From positions 868,880-932,879 of the forward strand of contig JALVSY010000007.1 in assembly GCA_027036135.1 (NCBI GenBank): a stretch of 64,000 nt of DNA, given 5' to 3'. Made by a program: the position numbers and the translations under genes. The notes under the pieces were generated by a model. It had not been told where the DNA came from. It was given only the letters and a program-made list of their open reading frames with translations, and made no database searches. Within the stretch, counting starts at the first letter, position 1; each line of letters opens with the position of its first letter. Of the stretch, positions 37,411 to 46,167 are shown piece after piece. The stretch comes from Pyrodictiaceae archaeon (GTDB lineage Archaea > Thermoproteota > Thermoprotei_A > Sulfolobales > Pyrodictiaceae).

Positions 37411-39658
37411 CTGTCTTTAGGTCATTACCGCCTATCGTCCTATTACGTCTCCAAGCTATCTCCACAGGCTTTTTGATCTTCATGTACACTGTTTGTCCTA
37501 TGATTGCTCCTGCCTCGGCGCCTGTCCTTATGCGCTGCTCGATGCGCTGCCACTCGATAGGGTGGAGTTCCTTCAGTTTTGCTGGCACCTTGATGCCTGT
37601 TTGCTTCTCAAACGTTATTGAGAACTCTCGTATGAATTGTCTTGCCCTGTTAGACATATATGCGTGTAGTCTGGCTGCTACTGCGCCGCCGAGGGCCGCG
37701 ACCTTTGCTGCTTTGCCGCCCGGGGCCTCCGCTACTGCCTCCTTGATGGCGCCTATCTCGCGCTTGGCTCTCTCTGCTACAGGCCTGACTGGGGCTTTGA
37801 GAGCCTCCTTTGTCGCTTGCCTGACGCGCTGTGTTGCTGGTGGTATCTCCTCTACTTGCGGCTTTTTCTCCAGATCAACACCCATGTTCTTAGCCATCTC
37901 CTCTGCTCGGGATGCTGCTATACTCCTGGCGGCCTCCTCTCCTCGCAGCTCATAGCCGCCCTTGACTGTCCTGGCGTCGGCGCTGGTTCCTGGCCCTGCC
38001 CATGCCTGGCCAGGGCTTGTTGCTGGCCTCATCCACTCGGTCCTGGGTGGTGCTCCTGTTGCTGGGCCCTGCCAGCCCGGCATTGGGCTGATGTGGCGCC
38101 ACTCGCCTGGGGCTACGCCCATGCCTGCCGGCGTTGGGTGTATTGGTGGTCTTAGGTACTCTGTGTGTCCTACTACCTGGCCGGGTGCGGCTAGCATCAT
38201 TGCCTGTGGCCGTGCTGCTAGGCCTAGCCTGGTTGCTGCTAGGGCTCCTAGTCTGCCGTAGATTCCTGCGAAGAGGCCTGCTCCGGGTAGTGGTGCTCCT
38301 ATTAGCCCGGCTATCATGGGTCCCGTGGCGAGCATTGCTAGGGGGAGGGCTACGCCGTAGCCTATGACTTCGAGTGGGGATGCGTTCGCGGGGTTTGCCA
38401 GCGCCCTGGCGCTGAGCCCCGCCATTGCTGCTAGGACGAGGTTCCACGCCATGAGCGCCACGATGACGTTTGTCATGCTCCTCGCTACGTGGCGGGTGCC
38501 GGGGAAGAGCCAGAGCACGGCTATGAGCGGGATTAGGAGGTAGAGGGCTTCTAGGAGAAGGTACTTGAGCAGCGCTATGAGCACGAACCCGGCGAAGCCC
38601 AGTGCCCCGGTCGCCGCCAGGCCCCCGGCCCCGCCGACGGGGAGCGCGGCCGCGAGCGCGGTGAAGCCCAGCAGCATGCTCATCCACGCCATCAGGACCC
38701 CGGGCTGCGCCATAGCTATGCTTATGCTGTTCACGAGCCTGGCAGCCCAGGTGTAGAGGGGTTGTGCGAGGCTGAGCGCCAGCAATACGTAGGCCACGTC
38801 TCTCAGAGCATCCAGCCAGGAGAGGCCTTTCTCGAACTCCCAGAACGCCTTCCAGAGCGCGAGCCCTATCACCGCGTAGCCTAGGAGGAAGACTGCGTAG
38901 CTATGGGTGTCTAGCAGCGGGGGAGCGGTCTCGGGGACGGTGACGAGCATGAGCCCTACCTTCTCGAAAACCCCGCCGGCACCCGTGTGGGCGAGGAGCC
39001 ACACAACAGCGTCGCTGAGCAGAGCAAAGGCCTTCCCCACGGCCTTGGCGGCGTACGTCATTATGCAGCCGGGCCACGAGGAGGGGCTCCAGCCGCAGCT
39101 AGCTCTCAGCTCGCTAAACGCTGCGTCGAGCTCGGAGCCCAGGCTCCTTATAGTGACCCTGCACTCCGCGGAGACCTGGCCCGTGACCCTTATTGTGTAC
39201 TCGCCGTCCTCCCCGTAGCTGTGGCTCGCCACGCAGTAGCCCTGCCCCGTACATGTAGAGGAGGTGTTATCGCCCCAGTCAATACTCGCGCTCACGCTCC
39301 TACCCGGAGCAGCGACCACAACGCTCACGGGGATGTACTTGTAGAACCCAGCCGGGGGACAGAACACCTCAGCCCCGCCACCAGCACCACCAGCCCCGGC
39401 GCCAGCGGCGTAGCCGCTAACCCACGCAACTATTACCGCAACCGTTACCGCCCACGCCCAGCTGCTTTTCGCGATATCTGAGCGGCCTAGCGCGTATGCT
39501 ATCCCGCCTATCATGGTGAGGATTACGGCGAAGGCGTAGCCTAGGCCCCTGAGACCCGTGGCGTTGCTACCGCTGGCCGCGTAGCCTATAGCTGCTAGCG
39601 ATAAGACCAGGTGTAGCTGGAGCAGCGCAGCCACTAGCCAGAGCGCTCTCCGCCTCAC
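37400..39658 (-). CDS. VirB6-like polytopic membrane protein with PKD domain
   Basis: Many TM segments, IDWGD...HSY..DGEY PKD motif, long cytoplasmic tail; start inferred at GTG 39658. Confidence 0.6.
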   Translation of the reverse strand: MRRRALWLVAALLQLHLVLSLAAIGYAASGSNATGLRGLGYAFAVILTMIGGIAYALGRSDIAKSSWAWAVTVAVIVAWVSGYAAGAGAGGAGGGAEVFCPPAGFYKYIPVSVVVAAPGRSVSASIDWGDNTSSTCTGQGYCVASHSYGEDGEYTIRVTGQVSAECRVTIRSLGSELDAAFSELRASCGWSPSSWPGCIMTYAAKAVGKAFALLSDAVVWLLAHTGAGGVFEKVGLMLVTVPETAPPLLDTHSYAVFLLGYAVIGLALWKAFWEFEKGLSWLDALRDVAYVLLALSLAQPLYTWAARLVNSISIAMAQPGVLMAWMSMLLGFTALAAALPVGGAGGLAATGALGFAGFVLIALLKYLLLEALYLLIPLIAVLWLFPGTRHVARSMTNVIVALMAWNLVLAAMAGLSARALANPANASPLEVIGYGVALPLAMLATGPMIAGLIGAPLPGAGLFAGIYGRLGALAATRLGLAARPQAMMLAAPGQVVGHTEYLRPPIHPTPAGMGVAPGEWRHISPMPGWQGPATGAPPRTEWMRPATSPGQAWAGPGTSADARTVKGGYELRGEEAARSIAASRAEEMAKNMGVDLEKKPQVEEIPPATQRVRQATKEALKAPVRPVAERAKREIGAIKEAVAEAPGGKAAKVAALGGAVAARLHAYMSNRARQFIREFSITFEKQTGIKVPAKLKELHPIEWQRIEQRIRTGAEAGAIIGQTVYMKIKKPVEIAWRRNRTIGGNDLKTVRL

Positions 39659-39906
39659 CCCGTTACCCCCACTACCTCTAGGCCCCTCCGGGAGAAGCCC
39701 GGAGAAGCCTGGTACGAGGCCACGACCCCGACAGCACCTCATTCCGGAGCCGATATAGACTCCATTGATAATTCCCTTATCGGGGTTATCAATGAATACT
39801 ATGTGGCCGGGTAAAACACGCATGCCTAGAAAGAGGAGAAGCACCCAATTCATGATAGTAACTATATATAGTTTGTCTCACGGTCACTAGAACAGGGAGA
39901 AGTAGC

Positions 39907-40089
39907 GTGAGCAGGGCAGAGGCAAGTGTAAGGGTTTATCGTAGCGTGGAGGAGCTCCCCGAGGTACTGGAGCCAGGCAAGTACATCATAGAGGGCGAGG
40001 AAGTAGAGGTCTACGAGCCCCTTAGCCGAGAGGCAGTTACCGAGATTATTCACTTCTTCCGGAAGCGTCGAGGCCACAGGTTTATCTAA
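39907..40089 (+). CDS. Small acidic protein, possible antitoxin
   Basis: 60 aa with upstream TATA and RBS; convergent with the RelE-like gene. Confidence 0.45.
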   Translation: MSRAEASVRVYRSVEELPEVLEPGKYIIEGEEVEVYEPLSREAVTEIIHFFRKRRGHRFI

Positions 40090-40414
40090 GGTGTCTCCAC
40101 AGCCTTCGATAGGTCTCCTCGCCTCGTCTATCCGCGGCTATGAAAACGACTTCACACCTAGAGACATCTACCGCGAAGAGGAGTCTCCACCAGACCTTGC
40201 CTAGCCACAGCCGGTAGCGCCGCACAGGGCCGCCATGCCTCGCCACGATAGGTTCTCTCAAGAGTCGCTGAATGGCCTCTGGGTCATTGTTCAACTCCTT
40301 CTTCAGTTCCTCGAGCCACTTCCTAAACGCCTCCAGAAGCCCTCTCTTCCGGAAGACCTTCTCAACAAGAGGACTAGCAACAACCCTCCACTTGCCGCGG
40401 CACTCCTCAAGCAT
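40082..40414 (-). CDS. RelE/ParE-like toxin
   Basis: RYRL...WRLLFAVD...VVFIAADRR..TY; basic, ~110 aa. Confidence 0.65.
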   Translation of the reverse strand: MLEECRGKWRVVASPLVEKVFRKRGLLEAFRKWLEELKKELNNDPEAIQRLLREPIVARHGGPVRRYRLWLGKVWWRLLFAVDVSRCEVVFIAADRRGEETYRRLWRHLR

Positions 40415-40528
40415 TATGAGAGCCCCGAGGAAGAAATGCCATTGCCTCGTATATAAGCATTGAGGTAACACTTTTCACGTCCTCACGGGAAAAAACTGTC
40501 CAATGGATTTATAGGAATACTCGCTGCG

Positions 40529-41890
40529 CTATGGTCCTCTCAGGGGCCACCCGCCGCCCGTGACTATGTATAGTACTGCCAGTAGTGCTAGGATTGAGGC
40601 TGCCAGGCCTAGGTATGTTCTCCGGAGCACTGGTGGCGGCCCCGGGCTCCATGCTAGGGTGAACGTCCCGGTCGCTGTGTTGTTGAAGCTGTCGACGGCT
40701 ACTGCGGTGTATACGCCGGGCACGGCGGGGCACCACGTTGCACTGCCCAGCCCGGTTCTCAGTGCCACAAGCCTACCGTCCTCGTAGACTTTCAGCGCCA
40801 CGCTCTCGCACGCCCCGGCGGAGACCGTAATACAGTAGTCCTTTAGGCTAATGCTTGGCTTCACGTCGTCTTTTACCAGTACTGTCTCGTAGCCAGTCTC
40901 GTTCGCCGGAACTACCTCCCACGACTCGTTGACGACACGGCAGTCGTCGGCTATGTACCTGGCCAGTCTCCAGCCGAATGGCAGCGGCACCGTCAGCGTA
41001 TCGTTGAGGCATGTTCTTGTAGGCTCGGGCTTGTCCTCTATGAAGCATATCCTCGCTCTAAATAAGTGGCTGCTTGTCGGCTTCCTCGGCGGGCCCAGGA
41101 CAAGTCTAACGGTTCCCGAGGCGCTCGGTGAGGGAGGGCCCTCGATAGGTATGCTCTCAGCCGGGGCGCCGTAGCCCACCAGTCTAATAGCCGTAGCGTT
41201 ATCCACGAGCACCGTTAAGTTGTAGAGGAGGAGCATGCCCTCCTCCATGGGCACCGGGGTCTCGTTACCCAGCCGGAGGCCCTGGCCAAGGTTATAGAGA
41301 AGGACACTGGCGTTCACCAGCACAGAGCCGTTGCCGAGCGCCCTGTAGCCAGTAATGTTCAGGGAAACAACCAGTAGTGATGAATTAACCCTCCTTGGGA
41401 TGATTGTCGCTGTAGCTGTCCCCGCCAGGGTCGTGGTCGCAAGATAGCTCTGGGTCACGGTTGTCGTGCTTGTCTCAGTGCAGGTGCCATTATACCATCC
41501 CAGGCATACTGGGTACGAGTAACGGTACCAGGCAGTATAGCTACAGGTAAGCCCCTTCACAAGCTCATAGCTGCCTAGTGGCGCGTCGCAGGGAATCCTG
41601 GTCGTGGATACTAGTACCGTTGATGAGCCCTCCCCGAGGATTATCGGGCCACAGGTTAGGACGGCGGGCGGCTTCGGCCCGTAGCTAGGGTACCAGGGCG
41701 GCGGGCTCACGCCGATCAGCGTGTTCGTGAACGTGTAGAGAGCAGTAATGTTCATGCAGCGATAAACCGCGTTGCGTAGCCCGAACTGGTCGAGGGGACT
41801 AATTATGCTCGAGCCACTGCTACCCGCGTAGACAACGCTGCCTACGAGGGCCAGGAGCGTGGCCATAGCCACGATAGCTCTCATTTTCAC
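40529..41890 (-). CDS. Secreted, C-terminally membrane-anchored surface protein
   Basis: N-terminal signal peptide, Thr/Cys-rich beta body, many N-x-S/T sequons, C-terminal TM. Confidence 0.75.
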   Translation of the reverse strand: MKMRAIVAMATLLALVGSVVYAGSSGSSIISPLDQFGLRNAVYRCMNITALYTFTNTLIGVSPPPWYPSYGPKPPAVLTCGPIILGEGSSTVLVSTTRIPCDAPLGSYELVKGLTCSYTAWYRYSYPVCLGWYNGTCTETSTTTVTQSYLATTTLAGTATATIIPRRVNSSLLVVSLNITGYRALGNGSVLVNASVLLYNLGQGLRLGNETPVPMEEGMLLLYNLTVLVDNATAIRLVGYGAPAESIPIEGPPSPSASGTVRLVLGPPRKPTSSHLFRARICFIEDKPEPTRTCLNDTLTVPLPFGWRLARYIADDCRVVNESWEVVPANETGYETVLVKDDVKPSISLKDYCITVSAGACESVALKVYEDGRLVALRTGLGSATWCPAVPGVYTAVAVDSFNNTATGTFTLAWSPGPPPVLRRTYLGLAASILALLAVLYIVTGGGWPLRGP

Positions 41891-41893
41891 AGG

Positions 41894-43798
41894 TTACCAC
41901 TCTCCGGGCCTCGTCGAGAACACCCTCAGCTCCTCTGGCGTGGGCTGCACGTAGATGCGTAGACGCCAGCCACCAGCGACCCTGAGTATTCCCTGGCCAG
42001 GCTCGGCGTCGAGGAGCTGCTCCTCCTCCGCCTCGCTTAGATTATAGATGGGCTTAACCGCCTCCAGCGATGCCTCGTTCAGGCGTAGTAGAAGCACGGT
42101 GGCCGACTGCTCTAGGATTGTCCTGCCATGCTCGCTTCTCAGCACGTCGTGGGGCCTCTGGGTCGCGAACACGAAGTTAACGCCTTTCTTGCGACCCCTC
42201 CTCGCTATGTCGGCGAACATCAACATCAATGAGGGGTACTGGGCGAACATCCATCCCTCGTCTACTACTAGCAAGGAGTTGCGGAGCTGGGAGGAGACTA
42301 CGAGCGCTAGTAGTGCTCCTACCAGAGCCCTGGCGCGGCGGGACCTGATGCCGGCGAGCGCGTAGACAGCGCCCCTCCCTGTGGGGAGCGGGGGCTCTCC
42401 ACGGTATATCCACGAGTCGGCCTCGGCTGCTTTCAGGTAGTTCTCGAGCCCCGTGGCTCTCTCCTCGGCGAGCCTAGCTGCCTCCTCTAGGCTCTCGGAC
42501 TCGCCTAGAACGTCTACTAGCTCGCCTCGTAGCTCGTCGGGGACGCGGTAGTACTCCTGCACAATGTCCACGGCCTCGTCGAGCCCTATTACCCCCCTCC
42601 TCCACAGCCTGACAGGGTCCAGGCCTAGGCCTCCACGTTCCCCAGCAGCGTCCTTGCTTAGCTCGTAGCCCGCGAGGCCGGTAGCCAAGTACTCCCTAAT
42701 ACCAATGTACTCGGACTCAGGGTCTATGATTATGGTCTTCTGGCCCAGGCCAGCAGCCCACCACCTCCTCACATACACTTTCAGCGTCATGCTCTTACCT
42801 GAACCAGTCTCCCCCAGTACCACCACGTTGTAATTCGGCCTAGCATAGGGGTTGAAGACAACGGGCTCCCCGGTATCCAGGTCGTAGCCGAGATAGAGGC
42901 CGCCAAAGTCGACCAGCTGCTCCTGCACCAGAGGATACAATGCCTGCGCGCTCAGAGTATCGACATAATGGAATACCGGCACCGTCCACTCAAGATTATA
43001 TAATCGTCTCTGGTAGAACCCCGGGCCACTAGCATATTCTACCATCCTCGAGGCTAGGAGCTCCTCGAGGCGCCTGCTGCGCTCCCAGAGCTCCTCCTGG
43101 CTAGAACCCCTAACTACCAACACTATCGCTATCTTCACGAGCCGGGCCTTGCCTCCTAGGAGCTGTTGTAGCTGCTGGAGCTTGTATGCCTCCTGCTCTA
43201 GCTGCCAGGTCGTGGAGCCACGGAGCACTGATTGTAGCCTGAGAAGCCTCTGGTCAATCATCCTCCTCGCTTTAGCGGGCTCCACGGGCTCTATGAGGAA
43301 GTGTATCTCATCGGTAGCATAGATTAGCTCGAGGGGCCACGCCTCGGGCAGGCTGTCGGGCAGCTTGACAACAGTATACGCCCTAGCGTAACCGCCATCC
43401 TCTAGCTCGAGGATGCCGCGGGCTACGCGCCTCACTACAGGCCTGTAAGGCTCCGCTGCTGGCCTTGGCTCGTAGCCGAGCTGCATTAACAAGCCATAAT
43501 CCAGGCCCTCGGCGAAGAATAGGAGCCGGCGAAACTTGAAGCCCTCGATGCTGTCCCATGCTGCATAAATCGAGATACGAGCCTTATCATTGGCAGCGTT
43601 CAATAACGCGGTCCACTTAGATAGGAATCTGTCGCGCTCCTTCTCGGGGAGAGCCGCGAAGGGGTAGCCCTGGACCTGTAAAAGGAGGCTGAGCTCACTG
43701 CTTCTTGGGGCTCTCTTCCTCGCTCTTTGTTTCTCCCTCTGCCCCTGGCTTTGCTTCGACTTTGATAGGCTGGGCACGCTTCTCCCCGCTATAGACAC
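41894..43798 (-). CDS. VirB4/TrbE-like conjugation ATPase
   Basis: NYNVVVLGETGSGKS, IDPESEY, VVDEGW, RRGRK, ATQ. Confidence 0.9.
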   Translation of the reverse strand: MSIAGRSVPSLSKSKQSQGQREKQRARKRAPRSSELSLLLQVQGYPFAALPEKERDRFLSKWTALLNAANDKARISIYAAWDSIEGFKFRRLLFFAEGLDYGLLMQLGYEPRPAAEPYRPVVRRVARGILELEDGGYARAYTVVKLPDSLPEAWPLELIYATDEIHFLIEPVEPAKARRMIDQRLLRLQSVLRGSTTWQLEQEAYKLQQLQQLLGGKARLVKIAIVLVVRGSSQEELWERSRRLEELLASRMVEYASGPGFYQRRLYNLEWTVPVFHYVDTLSAQALYPLVQEQLVDFGGLYLGYDLDTGEPVVFNPYARPNYNVVVLGETGSGKSMTLKVYVRRWWAAGLGQKTIIIDPESEYIGIREYLATGLAGYELSKDAAGERGGLGLDPVRLWRRGVIGLDEAVDIVQEYYRVPDELRGELVDVLGESESLEEAARLAEERATGLENYLKAAEADSWIYRGEPPLPTGRGAVYALAGIRSRRARALVGALLALVVSSQLRNSLLVVDEGWMFAQYPSLMLMFADIARRGRKKGVNFVFATQRPHDVLRSEHGRTILEQSATVLLLRLNEASLEAVKPIYNLSEAEEEQLLDAEPGQGILRVAGGWRLRIYVQPTPEELRVFSTRPGEW

Positions 43799-44252
43799 GC
43801 AGCTCTCGGAGAACCCTGTCGCCGAGCATTAGCCTGACAGTATGCTCCCCGGGCTCTAGGCCAGCTATCTCTACCCTGGCTAAGCCGTTGTCGACGCGGA
43901 GCCTATCATGTTCTTCTCCATCAACCTCTACGACTAGCTCCCCGGCCTCAGGCAAGGTAATGTATACCATTATGCTGCCCAGCGGGGCCCAGTACACTGG
44001 CTCGGTGGCTGGCTCGCGCTTCGCTAAGAGCTTCGAGATGGGAGGCTTAATCGGCAGAGCACCGAGCACAATCCCGGCAGCGAGAATAGCTGCTCTGGCC
44101 CAGAGCGGTAGCGATAGCTGCAGCGCTACGAGGAGTCCTACTATACTGAATAATGCCAGCCTTATCCTAACCGGGAACCCAGCGGCATAGAGGAGGGGCT
44201 CCTCGAGCCAGCCCAGGTCTGGTATGGAAAAAACCGAGACTAGGCGGGGCAT
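43695..44252 (-). CDS. Membrane protein upstream of VirB4 (VirB3-like position)
   Basis: Two TM segments followed by a beta domain. Confidence 0.5.
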   Translation of the reverse strand: MPRLVSVFSIPDLGWLEEPLLYAAGFPVRIRLALFSIVGLLVALQLSLPLWARAAILAAGIVLGALPIKPPISKLLAKREPATEPVYWAPLGSIMVYITLPEAGELVVEVDGEEHDRLRVDNGLARVEIAGLEPGEHTVRLMLGDRVLRELRVYSGEKRAQPIKVEAKPGAEGETKSEEESPKKQ

Positions 44253-44262
44253 GCTCTCCTCC

Positions 44263-44562
44263 TCATGCTATGAACTGGCCTATAATCCACAACACCACGG
44301 ATATAGCTATTGCAGCCATTACTGCCCTACCGAGCCACTCTGGTCCACGGCCAAACGCGTAGTTGATCACCCCCACGAACGCCGCTATAACTATTATCGC
44401 GTAAGCTATCTTCTTCAGGTAGTTGGCCACTTGGTCGGCCAGGCTCGCCGCCTTCTTGAGGGGGTTTGTAGCGCTGGTTTTGTTGGTCTGGGCGTGCGCA
44501 GCTGTGGCTAGGAGAAGCAGGGTAGTTATCACTATTGTGAAAAAGACGTAGTGGTGCTCCAA
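44263..44562 (-). CDS. VirB2/TrbC-like conjugative pilin
   Basis: Signal peptide ending AHA, two hydrophobic helices, ~100 aa, two genes upstream of VirB4. Confidence 0.65.
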   Translation of the reverse strand: MEHHYVFFTIVITTLLLLATAAHAQTNKTSATNPLKKAASLADQVANYLKKIAYAIIVIAAFVGVINYAFGRGPEWLGRAVMAAIAISVVLWIIGQFIA

Positions 44563-44575
44563 GGGGTTTTCACCT

Positions 44576-44995
44576 CTAGGACGTGAACGTCGCCTGGAAC
44601 TCTGAGCCGTCGCTGAGAGTCACTATTACTATGTGTTGTCCGCTGCCAAGATTTGGTAAGGTAACTATCTTATGAAGCTCCTGGCCCGGTTTGAGGAGAT
44701 AGCCGCTGGCACCGATGCCTAGCTGCGAGCCAACATTCGTGCCGTCTATGGTTACTTTTGTTATGTTTGCTGCCGCGCCACCGACGTTCCTTATGCTTAG
44801 CTCGATATACGCCGTGTTACCGACATAGTCCACGGAGGCTGTTATCATTAGCTGGGGCTTCTTCGCTACCGCGCTGGCACTGGCGCTTACATACTTGTAG
44901 ATAACATAGCCGATGGCTATTGTCGCTGCTAGGAGGATGGCCGTTGCGATGAGGGGGCTTATTCCGCGAAGCCCTCTGCGTTGCATTGTCTCCAC
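44576..44995 (-). CDS. Archaeal type IV pilin
   Basis: Class III signal peptide RRGLRG/ISPLIATAILL; IRNVG. Confidence 0.85.
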   Translation of the reverse strand: METMQRRGLRGISPLIATAILLAATIAIGYVIYKYVSASASAVAKKPQLMITASVDYVGNTAYIELSIRNVGGAAANITKVTIDGTNVGSQLGIGASGYLLKPGQELHKIVTLPNLGSGQHIVIVTLSDGSEFQATFTS

Positions 44996-45201
44996 CCTTG
45001 TTCTCCACTAGGCTGCTAAGGAGTGGGAGAGCGCATGCCTGTGGGGAGGGTTTGGCCTTGTTGCCGTGGCTGTGGTAATCTGTGAAGGCGTTGTGGCTGT
45101 GATTCTTGGCGTTGTTTTTGTGGGTTGGTCGGTGTTGCTGGGCGTTACCCGGTGCATGGTGGAAAGCTATAAATATGGGTGTGTAGTGGATGGTGCAGGC
45201 C

Positions 45202-46074
45202 TCAATACCTGCCTCCATGGGCTGGGTATATGGGCTCCCTCACTGGTTTCTCCCGGAGCCTCCAGGCACCCTCCCCGATGCGCTCCACTATGCCTAGCGT
45301 CTCCAGCTTCTTTAGTACCTGAACCGCGCTCGGATAGTGTAGGGCAAGTATTCTCGCAAAATCATGGGCCGAGAAGGGTTGGTAGTCGAAGCTCGTCCTT
45401 AGGAGGTTGTAGAGTCTCTCCAGGTCGAAGGTAACCGTTATCCTCCCGTTCATACCCCTCATCCTCCGAGTAGAATCGATGAGGGGGAGAAGGAGCAGCT
45501 CTGCGGGGGCGAGCCTCCCGAGCCTGAGTCTGTGAGCCCTTGTAGCGGAGGGGATGTAGCCCCTCAGAGCCACTATGAAGAAGCCCGGGTAGCTCGCGAC
45601 GCTGCTCGCGTGGACCCGTATTCTTCCCTCGCCTCTCAGCAGGACGTGGTGGTTCTCGAGGCCTAGTAGGCAGCTGCTCCATATCCTTATCGCTCTATAG
45701 AAGCTTGCTCTCGAGGAGCCTGTGAGCTCCCATGCCTGCTGGGCTACTGGTCTCCCGAGGAGTCCTCTCGCGTGCTCCACGAGCCATGCCCAATAGGCGG
45801 CTGCCGCCGCCAGGGCCCGTTCATCGGCGCCGCGGCCATTGTTTACGCGGCACTCGCGCGCGTCTAGGAGCCACGCGGTGGAGTAGGCTAGCTCCGTGGC
45901 TTCCCGGTAACGCTTCACCCCGAGCTCCTCGAGCGCCGAGACCAGGAGTCTCCGGTAGTGCTCCGCCTCCTCGTCTACGCGTATGCGGCTGCGAAGCTCC
46001 TCGAGCAACAGTATGTCGAGGACGAGCTGCGCTCCCTCCCGCTGCTCGCCGAGGCTGTAAAGACTGGCAGGCAA
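45202..46074 (-). CDS. TFB-like cyclin-fold + wHTH protein
   Basis: GRG...ALAAAAAYWA...ELTGSSRAS resembles a TFIIB repeat; C-terminal AHDFARIL...LKKLETLGIV. Confidence 0.55.
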   Translation of the reverse strand: MPASLYSLGEQREGAQLVLDILLLEELRSRIRVDEEAEHYRRLLVSALEELGVKRYREATELAYSTAWLLDARECRVNNGRGADERALAAAAAYWAWLVEHARGLLGRPVAQQAWELTGSSRASFYRAIRIWSSCLLGLENHHVLLRGEGRIRVHASSVASYPGFFIVALRGYIPSATRAHRLRLGRLAPAELLLLPLIDSTRRMRGMNGRITVTFDLERLYNLLRTSFDYQPFSAHDFARILALHYPSAVQVLKKLETLGIVERIGEGAWRLREKPVREPIYPAHGGRY

Positions 46075-46167
46075 TGGCGGCAGCCCTCTTATTCTGGACA
46101 GGAGCGTAACACCTTACAGCGACTCCGCTTATTCATTTCCACGAGAAATGCATGGAGCGCTGAAAGA

